Assembly: GCA_000320545.1 (NCBI GenBank)
Contig: ADNK01001727.1
Span: 1 to 64,000, forward strand
Reading direction: 5' to 3'
Length of the DNA: 64,000 nt
From: Bigelowiella natans CCMP2755
Lineage: Eukaryota; Protista; Cercozoa
Positions 26,301 through 35,868 of this stretch are shown here, piece by piece; the stretch's first letter is position 1, and the number at the start of each line of letters is the position of its first letter. Below the pieces are notes generated by a model. It was not told where the DNA came from, made no database searches, and worked only from the letters and a program-made list of their open reading frames with translations. The position numbers and the translations under genes were made by a program.

Positions 26301-28305
26301 TGCTTTTACTACTGCTTACCGGAAGGAGAACTCTGTAGGCCTCAGCTTCGCTAAGGTGTGGGCCAAGGCTGGCCTTGATGCCCACTTCGATAACCTAATA
26401 AAGTTATGCAGCAACACCCTATTGAATGCTAAGCTAGACACTACTAGACCAGCTACCCTATGGACAGACTGGTCTAAGCTAGGTATGGCTGCTGTACTTA
26501 CCCAAGACCAGCAGATCATACGGGTGTGGGGCAGGGCCTGCACAGCAGCTGAGGCCAAGTACAGCCCTACAAAAGGAGAGTATAAAGCCATGACTGAGGC
26601 GCAGAGGAAACTAAGATACTACCTGCTGTCGGTGCCCAGCTTCACCTTAATGACTGACCACAAGCCCCTCCTAGGCATCGACCGCAAGCTCGAAGCGCCT
26701 AACGATGAGTATGCAGCTATGAGGGCGGACACGGAAGAGTTTAGGGACAAGAGGACAGTGGTCTACGCACCAGGAGACAAGCAGCTTGCTGACTATTTCA
26801 GCAGGCTGTTCGAAAAGAAAGTCCCTACCCAGGTCACCCCTATGGTTAACGCGATTACCTTCGAGGACGGCGACTTCCTGCCTGAGCCAGAGGAGCTCCA
26901 GCACCTTCAAGAACACCTGGATAAATACAAACACAAGCATGAGGTACTTAGTGATAGGATATATGTATACACTAATAATGTTAGGCGTACCTACGTGCCA
27001 CGGCGGACCAGGGGAGCCCTTCTCTTTACCGCCCATGGACCTGCACACGTAGGAGAAAACCATATCACTGCTCTACTCTACCATTACTACTGGCCCTACA
27101 AGCTAAAAGAGATAAGGACATACCTGCGTGGCTGCAGGTGCTCCAGCTTGAAGGCGGCAGGCGTCGCCACCAAGGAGTCCAGCAAGAGCCGTGCATCTAA
27201 GAAAATCAAAGCAAGGAACTTCTTAGATATCGTGCAAATTGATGTTTATAAGTACGATGGCTATCACTACCTTACCTTCGTTGATGTGGCCACTGGAAAG
27301 TGCTGGGTTAAAAAGATTATCAAGGTCAACGTTGCTAAGAAGAACAAAGGCTTATATAAGCAGAGGCTTACTAACTGCTACCGTACCTGGGAGTCTGAGC
27401 TCCAGGCTATCCCTGATGAAGTTAGCATAAACAAGATACCAAAGAAGTTACATGTGGATAATGAGACCTCTCTTCTACAGCTACCACACCCTAATATTGA
27501 TGCCTCACCTGTATACTATGCCCAGTCCAACTCCAAGGTAGAGCGACTCCACCGCACCTTGGCCAACCTAAGCAGGATAAATAGCACCACACCAGACAAG
27601 ATACAAGGGTTAGTAAACGACACCTTCACGTCTGGGGGAGGTATCAAGGATAAGGAGAGGGAAGAAGGCGACGACAACGACGACGATACCGAGAGCGAAG
27701 ACGAGAAGGTCCCGTACGATGGCCGAGTTCTAAAGGAAGGACAGTATGTTAGGGCCAAGGTAAATCTGAGATCGAGAAATAAACAAGACCCCTTCTGGGG
27801 TGGCGTTGCAAAGGTTACCGAGAGGAAGGGGAGGAAGCAGTACTACATCTATGATGGGAACAGGGTCACCTTGCGCCACATCAGTCACCTAAAGAATTAT
27901 GATATCGGTGAGAAGCTCCTAGAGGATGTTAAAGTAAACCCTACTGTGTGGGAGCGAGCAATGCCTTGTTTAGGACCCCGACCTAAGTTCGATGTGGAAT
28001 ATGGAAACAATAAGGTCAGGGTGAACGACGATTGGCGCATGAAGATTGTCTATCTAGGCTACCCTGGATTACGAAATATGGAGAGGGTAGCTATGAAAAT
28101 AAAGGACGGAAAATATCAGCTACTCTACCTAGCTGTTCCCGACTTACCCTTTGAGCACTGGTATAAGGTCCTGGGGGACCTTGATGCAGAGGGCTGGTAT
28201 GGACACGAACCTAAGGACGAAGGTGAGTTCTGGGTAAGCGACAAAGGAGATAAGGTTAGAGAGGAATCTATTACCTGGTGGTTGGTGAAGTTCCGAAAGC
28301 GATGA
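23332..28305 (+). CDS. Gag-Pol polyprotein, 1657 aa (gag, Zn knuckle, aspartic protease, RT, RNase H, integrase, GPY/F-like module, C-terminal MTase-like domain)
   Basis: Knuckle CGYCSRKGKHTAKDC; protease ALWDSGS; RT PYGLS and FVYVDDDII; RNase H TDWS..GEYKA..TDHKPL..LADYFSR; integrase HGPAH..CRC, VQIDV, HVDNE, SKVERLHRTL. No frameshift or stop. Confidence 0.96.
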   Translation: MSQQLEEQQDFGSQAVQGHEQKQERKGDTDAKEGGGTPPQAPPGPAPGIKKADAAAEALENFYEADDEDVAAESKKVVMALRALRPRASNYAKLKVSIEYKYQTHDVWAAIMQDIMDYEADLPPEWAALFRNDGGLGASRGTTQSTVKQQQPVQRNTQFMSVKTAPVMITKYNGKRGEARRWWKNARSILCDFTPNPTENDKLKWLAIIKQAMDLYETGRTRIRQLEKIHTTVSGLRDVEAIMKAFVNEQDANSLPQAIRKYRAMMQHEREPVRDFATRFQDMIDELHDFNYNTGDDQARFEEFKLKIKESTYVTEKGYTTMEAAVQAISLREQEQDRKFTSPKVPGIGNINAIKPQRDWYKDREGNRRCGYCSRKGKHTAKDCRDRKEGRPRMTIRQLNEHYEKLKRKKGRGQGYNNSKWQGSNNGKNNKYKNKKQNSINAIQQQINGILDHLKQAPTKTAVPATQDQDKPMTLDDIKNLGVCNINDEDANRTIKVAMTKVKVKDSYGDYKKLPALWDSGSMPKSFISLSTVRRLGLLDQVTKKERKYAQADGSSSMKTVGELMLKLQIPGSDAETQIKTRVAMTLSMELLLGQDALEKLGGIISFYNHKIYFAKLPKKSGRTISQNMIRLDEWTSESSVNALEFMDLADNKLPTPTELRKKNPGKTIRQITELLDKTPPADDWDIDKGKKYINKILNEKYSDITKPTTKPSSKLTPVKIELKKGYEECIINDPEHRRPEADWEKIEWQINEWAKEGKIEPSNSPWNVRHVLAKKPTYPFFRLAHNFIRHNRVIKRIQTPTPRIDDVIEHVIGYKYYSSLDKNESYMQTPIHKTSRPITAFSSRHRKWHFVVFPYGLSISGDAFSSQNYRAYTHDGMASVLWVFVFVYVDDDIICTNTVVAQIFLLENIFIRFAHFGFTIRLQKCTFLATRIKWCGYYLEQGRITPNPEKVAALQQAPKPKNAKELKSFLQTAAWILRRFSPTYARTAAAFTTAYRKENSVGLSFAKVWAKAGLDAHFDNLIKLCSNTLLNAKLDTTRPATLWTDWSKLGMAAVLTQDQQIIRVWGRACTAAEAKYSPTKGEYKAMTEAQRKLRYYLLSVPSFTLMTDHKPLLGIDRKLEAPNDEYAAMRADTEEFRDKRTVVYAPGDKQLADYFSRLFEKKVPTQVTPMVNAITFEDGDFLPEPEELQHLQEHLDKYKHKHEVLSDRIYVYTNNVRRTYVPRRTRGALLFTAHGPAHVGENHITALLYHYYWPYKLKEIRTYLRGCRCSSLKAAGVATKESSKSRASKKIKARNFLDIVQIDVYKYDGYHYLTFVDVATGKCWVKKIIKVNVAKKNKGLYKQRLTNCYRTWESELQAIPDEVSINKIPKKLHVDNETSLLQLPHPNIDASPVYYAQSNSKVERLHRTLANLSRINSTTPDKIQGLVNDTFTSGGGIKDKEREEGDDNDDDTESEDEKVPYDGRVLKEGQYVRAKVNLRSRNKQDPFWGGVAKVTERKGRKQYYIYDGNRVTLRHISHLKNYDIGEKLLEDVKVNPTVWERAMPCLGPRPKFDVEYGNNKVRVNDDWRMKIVYLGYPGLRNMERVAMKIKDGKYQLLYLAVPDLPFEHWYKVLGDLDAEGWYGHEPKDEGEFWVSDKGDKVREESITWWLVKFRKR

Positions 28306-28348
28306 AGGTCTAAGGGAATAAGGAAGGAAGGAAGGAGCAACGTGACTT

Positions 28349-28356
28349 GGGGGAGG
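28349..28356 (+). promoter_or_regulatory. Polypurine tract
   Basis: GGGGGAGG directly abuts the 3' LTR. A further purine-rich run AAGGGAATAAGGAAGGAAGGAAGGAG lies just upstream. Confidence 0.85.
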
Positions 28357-28682
28357 TGTAGCGCGTACCACTACGCGGGCACAAGTCACGTGCGACAACA
28401 AAGGGGTTGTCGCGGATATAGAATATAGATAACGTAGATATTAATACAGCATAGGCACGTGGGTTCCGGCGGGACTCATGGCAGCACACCGGAAGTGTGC
28501 TGCCCCACGTGCGGCGGCATTCGCGAAAGCTTCGCGAATGATTACGCAGTGCACGATTTAATAAAAATATAATCTTTAATAAAAATAAACACAACTCTTC
28601 AAAAGGAAGCAAACGTGCCTTTCCCCCCCCCTGCCTACTTGTGCACGTAGCGCCTCGGCCTGTGAACACCTTACGCGCAACA
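28357..28682 (+). repeat. 3' LTR
   Basis: Identical to 22967-23292 and followed by the ATGA target-site duplication. Confidence 0.97.
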
Positions 28683-30065
28683 ATGACTGAACGTTGCGAA
28701 CACACTGGTGCATTCGCAACACGTCTTTGACACGGCTGAATTGGCATGAAAAGGCATCACTTGTGCCCTGCAATGTCGAGCATGAAACGCTGCAATTGCT
28801 GTTTGATCTGACGTGATGCAAATCTCATTCGGCACTCGACGCCATGCGCACAACTGTGCTCAGATGGAACAAATGGCGTGACCGCATGTGGCGTGCACAC
28901 GTTTCCGCTTTGTGATGAGAACAGCACCGTTCCAGCGTTGTCATTGCACTTCGCACGTTCATCACGTCGTGTTTCACGAGATGGTTTTCACGTTCACACA
29001 CATTGCAATCCAAGCTCGCGTTTGAGTGGGAGTTTTGATTTGCTTTCGACGCACGTGTGGCGATCAAGATCGCGATTGTGCAGTGAAGCGCGTTTGTGGC
29101 CTTCACACGTGGGATCAGCAACTCGCGGCGCGTGGTTCTTGCCTCCAAAGTGGACAACCAAGCATGCGTGATCTTGCAAAGCGTGCACAAGTCCAGCTGG
29201 TGCACGTTGAGTCGCTTCAGCGCACCGCCGTGCAGGCGTTGCAGGCCTGCTAGCTGGCTGGCCTGGTGGCCTCTGCGCCTGCTAGCCTGCCCGTCCAGCC
29301 GTGCAAGTGCAACTTTGGTTGAGCCACAATGGCGCTTGCATTTCAATGCGCCCTCACTAGCTCTGGAGCTCTGGAGCTCGGTCAATTGATTGCATGTGAT
29401 TCTGGATTGGACGACAGTCAATCAAACAACAGTCGGAGCATGAACCAGTGCAATTGGTTGCTTCATTTCATGTGTCAAACACATCCACACTTTCACCCGG
29501 GTGATGCCAACGTGAGTTCGAACATGCACGCGCGCATGCATGCACATGATCGTAGACACTGACAAACATGATCATGGTGCTGTAGCCGCACAAGGACCTC
29601 TTGACCTGCAGGTCCATGTGGGATGAGTTCATGTTGTCTGTGACATGTGTGTCGATGACCACTTCACATGCACCTCTAATTGTTCCAACCTCATGTGCGT
29701 GCAGCACAAACTAGCAAAGTAGCGTGCATGTGAACATGTGCATCCATGTGTGCATTCCGCTTTGCAGGATGAGGATTTAAAATTTTGATCATTCATTAGA
29801 TCCGTCTAACATGTAATTGTGTGTGTGTAATTGTATACGTATCTTCCATGAAGGGCATTCGCATTCGCTGTTACTGCTTTAGTAGCGTGTTCCTTCTATC
29901 AAGGGCATTCGCATTCGCTTTTACTGTCCGAAGTGAGTGATCTCCTCATAGACACCATCATCTTCATCCAGTTCTCTCTGAGTCCAACTCATTCACCGAT
30001 GCTACATCATCATTTCCCCTCGTTTCAACTGGGCTCTCTAGCGCTGTTTAGTACCTGTTCCGAAC

Positions 30066-30200
30066 TCTAAATTGGATGCTCTTTCCTCAACATTTGTTTC
30101 CACCCCCACCTCTAAATTGGATGCTCTTTCCTCAACATTTGTTTCCACCCCCACGTCTAAATTGGATGCTCTTTCCTCAACATTTGTTTCCACCCCCACG
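30066..30200. repeat. Tandem repeat, 45 bp x3
   Basis: TCTAAATTGGATGCTCTTTCCTCAACATTTGTTTCCACCCCCAC(C/G) starts at 30066, 30111 and 30156. Confidence 0.92.
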
Positions 30201-30215
30201 TCCGAGTTTTAATTT

Positions 30216-30811
30216 TTAGACGATATTTCGACGTACTGGAGCTCCACAGTTTGAGCAACTTCTCTCTTGGACCTAGAAACCCAATATGTGATGACTCTCT
30301 ACTACTGGATGATGGCACAATAAAATACGACGAAAAAATTGAAGTAATATGAGACATCATCATCATATTCTGGGACTTCGACTTACATAGGCGCAGGGAC
30401 AAAGGAATGGACAAATGCAGAGAGGAAACGCAAATAAACACAGGGCTACACAGCAAATCCAAGCCTGATTGGAGGAATTCTAACTTAGTGTCCTTGAATA
30501 ATGGTTGTCTGAAGAAGAGCTTTTACTAGTATTTATTACCCAGACTGAAACCCGGACAGGCTCATCTCTAATATGCAAAACTGCGCCACAATTGTGGCAT
30601 GTAGGTACCCCAACCTGTATGAGAAATCATCAACATGTACAACAATTATTTTACCAAATAATTAAGACAAAAATTCACTCGTTCCCCTCTCCCCCTCCTC
30701 TCTTCCCATTCTACAACACTTAGACTTGGGACCATAAATGCTTCCCACCATACTACTATATTACACTTATATCAACTATAAATTACGTTCTATTAACCAT
30801 ATATTTATATA

Positions 30812-30851
<40 letters not shown>

Positions 30852-31947
30852 GTGCGTGTGTGTGTGCGTGTGTGTGTGTGTGTGTGTATTATCAATCCCT
30901 AACTTCCGAATATGATGGTTCATCATTCTGGCCTATTTCTAAATATTCCGAACATGATGGTTTATCATTCTGGTCTACTTCTATTCTAAATATTCCGAAT
31001 ATGATGGTTTATCATTCTGGTCTATTTCTAAATATTCCGAATATGATGGTTTATCATTCTGGCCTGTTTTTAAATATTACAGGGTTTCCCATCGATATGC
31101 TGGGTGGCTGCTGTGTTACTGGTTGTGCAACGTATACACCTGCTATTATCCAACATCTTATTTGCTCCATCACATAACATCACTCATACATTATTTTGTG
31201 GATATGAAATATCGTTTCTCCATTAATAAGTAGTTACTCTGAGGTTGATTCTGGATGTTGTATATCGGCTGCTGCTGTTGCCCATACTGTGCATTCATAG
31301 TATGTGGCTGCTGGATATATGTTGGCTGACCATACATTTGTACAGGAGCAGCAGCCTATTTGAAGAAAAAGAAGAAGAAGAAGAAGAAGAAGAAGAAGAA
31401 GAAGAAGAAGAAGCAGAAGAAGAAGCACAAAATGATAATCAAATCTTAGGTGTGCTATGAGAAAGCACGATGAAATACAAATATGGGAATTAGTACTATA
31501 CTGTGGCTGGTTGAACGTAATGAGTTGGCTGAGCATGAACCGCGTATGGCTGGTGCTGCTGCTGCTGCTGGATGGCTACTGGTTGCTGTTGGTGATGATG
31601 CTGCTGCAATTTTAAGAGAGAGAATGAATACACAGTTGTCATTATCATCATGCTCGATTTGTGACTCAGCCGTATCTTTGGAACTATACAATTCAAAGCC
31701 CAATATAGTCCGATAGCTATCTTATTGTTGGAAAAACAACATTCTGTGCCTCTTACGAGTCTTCAGGCTTGAAAACCGTATGCCGTATCTCTTCCACACA
31801 CCATAAATACCCGCTTCCCTATCCCCTACGAAACACATCCAAAAACAGCTATGGTGATAAGAGTCTACGTATTACTTCCTCGTAAGCAGGAGGCATCTCG
31901 CCATTACCCCCTCCTGAAACTGTTACATCTTGTGGTGTATGTGGCAT
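30216..31947 (-). CDS. BRI3/LITAF-like small membrane protein with a Gln/Pro-rich N-terminus
   Basis: Spliced reading: MPHTPQDVTVSGGGNGEMPPAYEE | Q/P-rich exons | VGVPTCHNCGAVLHIRDEPVRGFSL | GLGFAVALCLFAFPLCICPFLCPCAY | VQERSCSNCGAPVRRNIV*. This gives CxxC - hydrophobic Cys-rich segment - CxxC plus a PPAY (PPxY) motif. Confidence 0.75.
30900..31077. repeat. Intronic minisatellite, ~42 bp x4
   Basis: AAATATTCCGAATATGATGGTTTATCATTCTGGTCTATTTCT repeated with minor variants. Confidence 0.88.
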
Positions 31948-32417
31948 GATTCGATTGCGACGAACAATCAATCTTGGGTTAGTGACAGTAGGTCTTTTGT
32001 CCGAAGCCTTTCCCTTCTTGAGTCTTGTTCTTACGTAGACAAATTGATCTGAATCACTCTTTTTATTTTTCTCGCTCTCTCTCTCCCTCTCCTTCTTTCT
32101 CGCCCCCTCCTCTGTGAAAGAAGAAGATGACGAACGATGTCCTCTGAGCAATGGATATGATGAGCGTACTGAAAATTTAAGTAGTATCGTCGAGGGAAAA
32201 CTACCTGCGACATTGTTTTCTAACCTAAATTTACTTTTTACCCAAAATTATCCATTATGTTGATACGACATAGATAAACGCCATATTTTCCCCACTTTTC
32301 CCCACCATTTAAGTAATATATGGATATGTTCAATAAAATTCAATATTTCGCCGAACTACCCACCTCTCACCTAGCCCCAAATCATAAAAACAAAGAAATA
32401 GGAATAAGGACGAAGAA

Positions 32418-32491
32418 ATGCAAAACATGAACCAGGACAGTGATCTAGAGACTATAATGAAGAATCAAATGGTGTACAATAAAGATATAAC

Positions 32492-32534
<43 letters not shown>

Positions 32535-32634
32535 TGTACACCTTAGCCCATTTGGTGTTTGTGCGATGTGCATTTGAGAAAATTAGAATGACATACTACC
32601 ATAGACACGGTGTACAATGAGTATATGAAATATA

Positions 32635-32699
<65 letters not shown>

Positions 32700-33185
32700 G
32701 AGTACACCTTTCAAAGTCTAAACGTTTGTAATATTCCAATTAATGAACTTGTTTCGTATGTGATCGTCGTGAGAAACCAGGAAGGAGCTCGGGAGGCAAA
32801 ATTACCGGCGAAAAAGGTCCCCAGACGTACCTCCCGTTCACCAAAAATCAGAAGGAGGTCCCCAAGACGGCAGACTAGAAAAGAAATAATACAACTAAGC
32901 AGATCTCCAATTCGAGGCCGCTATCGCTACACCAAGAAGGAAAAACAATATTTGTCACGCATTCTCCAGCCTAATGAAAATGCCTCATCTCCGCGTTTTT
33001 CAATAAAGGATAACATTGCGAGTGCAATCTTTGTTGAAGATCCCATAAAAATTGATGAAGGCAAAGTTTTCTCTGAATCAGGAAAACATGAAAAGATGCC
33101 TGAAGTCAAGATGCCTGAAATAAATCCCGGTGACCTGCTGCCATCAGGATGCTCATCATCAGCATCAGGGAACATGTCGAAATGA
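32418..33185 (+). CDS. Hypothetical ~152-aa protein with an Arg/Lys-rich SP-repeat segment; exons 32418-32471 and 32781-33185
   Basis: MQNMNQDSDLETIMKNQM|EGAREAKLPAKKVPRRTSRSPKIRRRSPRRQ joins in phase 0 across a (TA)n-rich GT-AG intron. No family recognised. Confidence 0.5.
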
Positions 33186-34294
33186 AGTGCAACTACATTT
33201 ATGCTTCTAGAAACAACACAATCTATGGATTGGAAAAACGTCTGCTTGCAAATTTGGTTCTGCACGATGTTTCACTGCAGGTAGAAAATGTGATGTCTAA
33301 GTGTGCTTCTTAGTTGGGAGACTTGCCCCGCACATCTCGAAAGTTTTGCGAGTGCTGTAAAGTCCAAGAGTGTTGGCCGCGACTGGCTGTTGCAGCTCGT
33401 GTTGTTGCACGTATGGTGTTTCTGAACGACGACAATGTTCTCGTCTTTTGTTGGCACCTTGCCCAAATTATCCAAGTCTCTTTGTTTGGTGTGCTAGTGT
33501 GACCAGCTTGAGATCTTGCAGCATCATCGTCGCAGCATGGTCATTAGCGTGCTGCTAGCGTGGCGGTTGACCATGGACACGCGCCGATGCCACAGCAGAT
33601 ACGATGCACATGGCGCGCATGCCAGCATCTATAGGCTAGGCATGCTAGCATGTTATGCGTACTGGTGCACTACTTGGTCCCAACGCGCGTGTGCATCGCA
33701 CTCTCTTAGCTAGCCTTTGACGTTTGGCATTGCTAGATTGTCTAGTTGTGTGGTCACATGATGCGAGCCGTAATGGTTAGTTGCATTGCACAAAGTTGGG
33801 TGCGCGTTTGGTCGCGCGCACACAGTCTAGCAGTGTCGTTTCGGTATATGACGTGGACGCGGCGAAAACAGAGAATGGCACGCAGCGCAGAGTCATTGAA
33901 GCACTTGGGCGCTTGCTTGTTGATCACGCCGCACTACGCCTAGACTGCCGTTGCATCGGTCGTCCCCGTGCAATTCCGACGCCTCGCGCTTTGGTTCCCT
34001 TTCATCACAACGAGGCACGAGGCACTCTAATTATCAGGGCCAGCTAGCCCTAGAGCCAGCTATCTGCCCAATGTTGGACCAGCTGCGAATCTCACAACGC
34101 GTAACTAGATATGCGGCAGCAATGCTCATGGCCACACACATTGGTTTGTTTGTTTGTCATGCTTGGTGCTATAAACAATCTACCAGGCTAGCAGACCGTC
34201 GGGGATGCTCAACATCGACATTTTGATGAAAATGCCATTGCATCTTCCCTAACTTATGATGCAACTACAATTACCAGATTTTGGCAGTTCTGAA

Positions 34295-35566
34295 CTACCT
34301 TCTTGTCTGTGAGTCAATAAAGGAGGTCTTTCCATTCGGCGTTGTTGCTTGGCCTACAATTTCCATTCCACGCAAAGTGTAAGTGGCATGCATGCCTTGT
34401 GGGCGATGATGGAAAATTATGATTTCGACTGGAAAGCAACAGGTGCATCCCTCCCTCTTCATCTTGTGTATGATTCGTAACAAACTCAAGCACATCATCA
34501 AACTAGCTCTTCTTCTGATACAACTCTGCACGCAATTGCATTTTAGTAGTTGCGATATGCATTATAGTACCTTTATCATTGCATACTTTAGGTACTTTAT
34601 CTCGGCTATGTAGGCATCACACTCTTTCTCCTAATATGGGGAAACGTATGAAAAATAAGATATCTTGAAAGTAGGAGGTGATTATTCTCTTTTATCCTCA
34701 CGATAATATATTCCTCATTATGTATTTTGTTGTTTAGCTGCTAAGGTAAACGAAGGCATCAGCGACGAAAGACAGACGTATAAAATAGTACATCATTTAA
34801 TTTGAAAATACACCGAAGGATGACAGAACATTTTTTGACAACGAAAAGATGGGAATTAGAGTTGTCTATAGTTTTATCGAGATACTCTTCTCCCTCTCTT
34901 TCTCTATGCACGCAATTCTAATGATATAGCACTACTTTTTTCCGAAATTTTCCTTCGATTTGTTTAACTTCCTCTGCTTTTTCCTCACATTCAACAATTA
35001 GTTCCACAAGTTGCGTCTTCATCTGAGCACTTTTTTCATTGGAACTTATTTTCGCCTCACTCTCTCCTTGTTCTTCTTCTTGTTCTTGTTCTTCTTCCAA
35101 TGTGGTATCCTCGACGCTGTTGAATGAGAATGGTTGGCCTAAGAAAACAAATCAATATTGAAAAATAAGATGGTGAAGGAGGAGGAGTCCAAAGAATGAT
35201 GACTAAGAGTAAAGAATACAAACCACATCTACAAATAAAATGATTAGCACAGTATACATCATGGAACTGCACTTCTTTTAAGTCGAAGTGATAATGATGA
35301 TGGTGATGTTGTTCCAATTGATGAACCTTGTGCTTGGTTGTTGTCTGATATTGGAGAGATGTTATAGTTTCGTTTCACCACCTTAAACTATAAACAAACC
35401 ATCCAAAATAATTTATGAAGATTGATTGTAAGCATTCTAATAAGTGTTACTTAAACTCCTGTAAAGTCTCATATACATGACACACAAAAGCACGCAGACG
35501 CGACCAAGTGCACTACTACATAAAATATAGTACATGGAAATGTTCAATATATATGCATATTGTATC

Positions 35567-35608
<42 letters not shown>

Positions 35609-35836
35609 GTGTGTTTGTGTGACATAAAGGCTTCTGTTAGTTTCGTTGATTATTTCTTACCTCGTCTTCATCGTAACATGTATCATCCAAATCACTTCTG
35701 CTCAAACAACATCATTATTAACAAAAGTAAGCTGAATGCTTCGGATAATACAACATCAATTTGAATTTTAATCATGAAGAATGCAACCAATAAGAATCCG
35801 TACATAAATGCTACATACATAACTTATCAACGGAAT

Positions 35837-35868
<32 letters not shown>

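Larger units (their letters stand above)
22967..28682 (+). mobile_element. Intact, recently inserted Ty3/Gypsy LTR retrotransposon (5716 bp)
   Basis: Two 326-bp direct repeats with TG..CA ends, identical on reading. 4-bp target-site duplication ATGA (22963-22966 and 28683-28686). PBS and PPT present. Single gag-pol ORF in PR-RT-RH-IN order. Confidence 0.97.
22674..29803. mobile_element. Putative degenerate TpA-depleted repeat or DNA-transposon relic, interrupted by the Gypsy insertion
   Basis: Both flanks of the LTR element (22681-22966 and 28683-29760) share extreme TpA depletion. Clustered CGGACA motifs lie at 22731-22856. Short inverted ends GGATCTAA (22674) and TTAGATCC (29796-29803) coincide with the depletion boundaries. 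No target-site duplication or transposase motif was found. Confidence 0.35.

Noticed and set aside
27900-28305. Chromodomain or env gene at the 3' end of the Gypsy element
   Set aside because: No chromodomain pattern (Y.VE.I..YLVKW.G) beyond a terminal WLVKF, no TM segment, and only ~50 bp between the stop and the 3' LTR.
28825-29562. Several overlapping ORFs up to 198 aa as genes
   Set aside because: Loss of TpA removes TAA/TAG stops on both strands, which inflates ORFs. They contain no Tyr and no recognisable motif.
28683-29760. CpG methylation decay or classical RIP as the cause of the TG/CA excess
   Set aside because: CpG is abundant here and TpA, the RIP product, is the missing dinucleotide.
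30066-31077. 45-bp and 42-bp repeat arrays as CRISPR arrays
   Set aside because: The units are head to tail with no unique spacers, there are no cas genes, and the context is eukaryotic UTR/intron.
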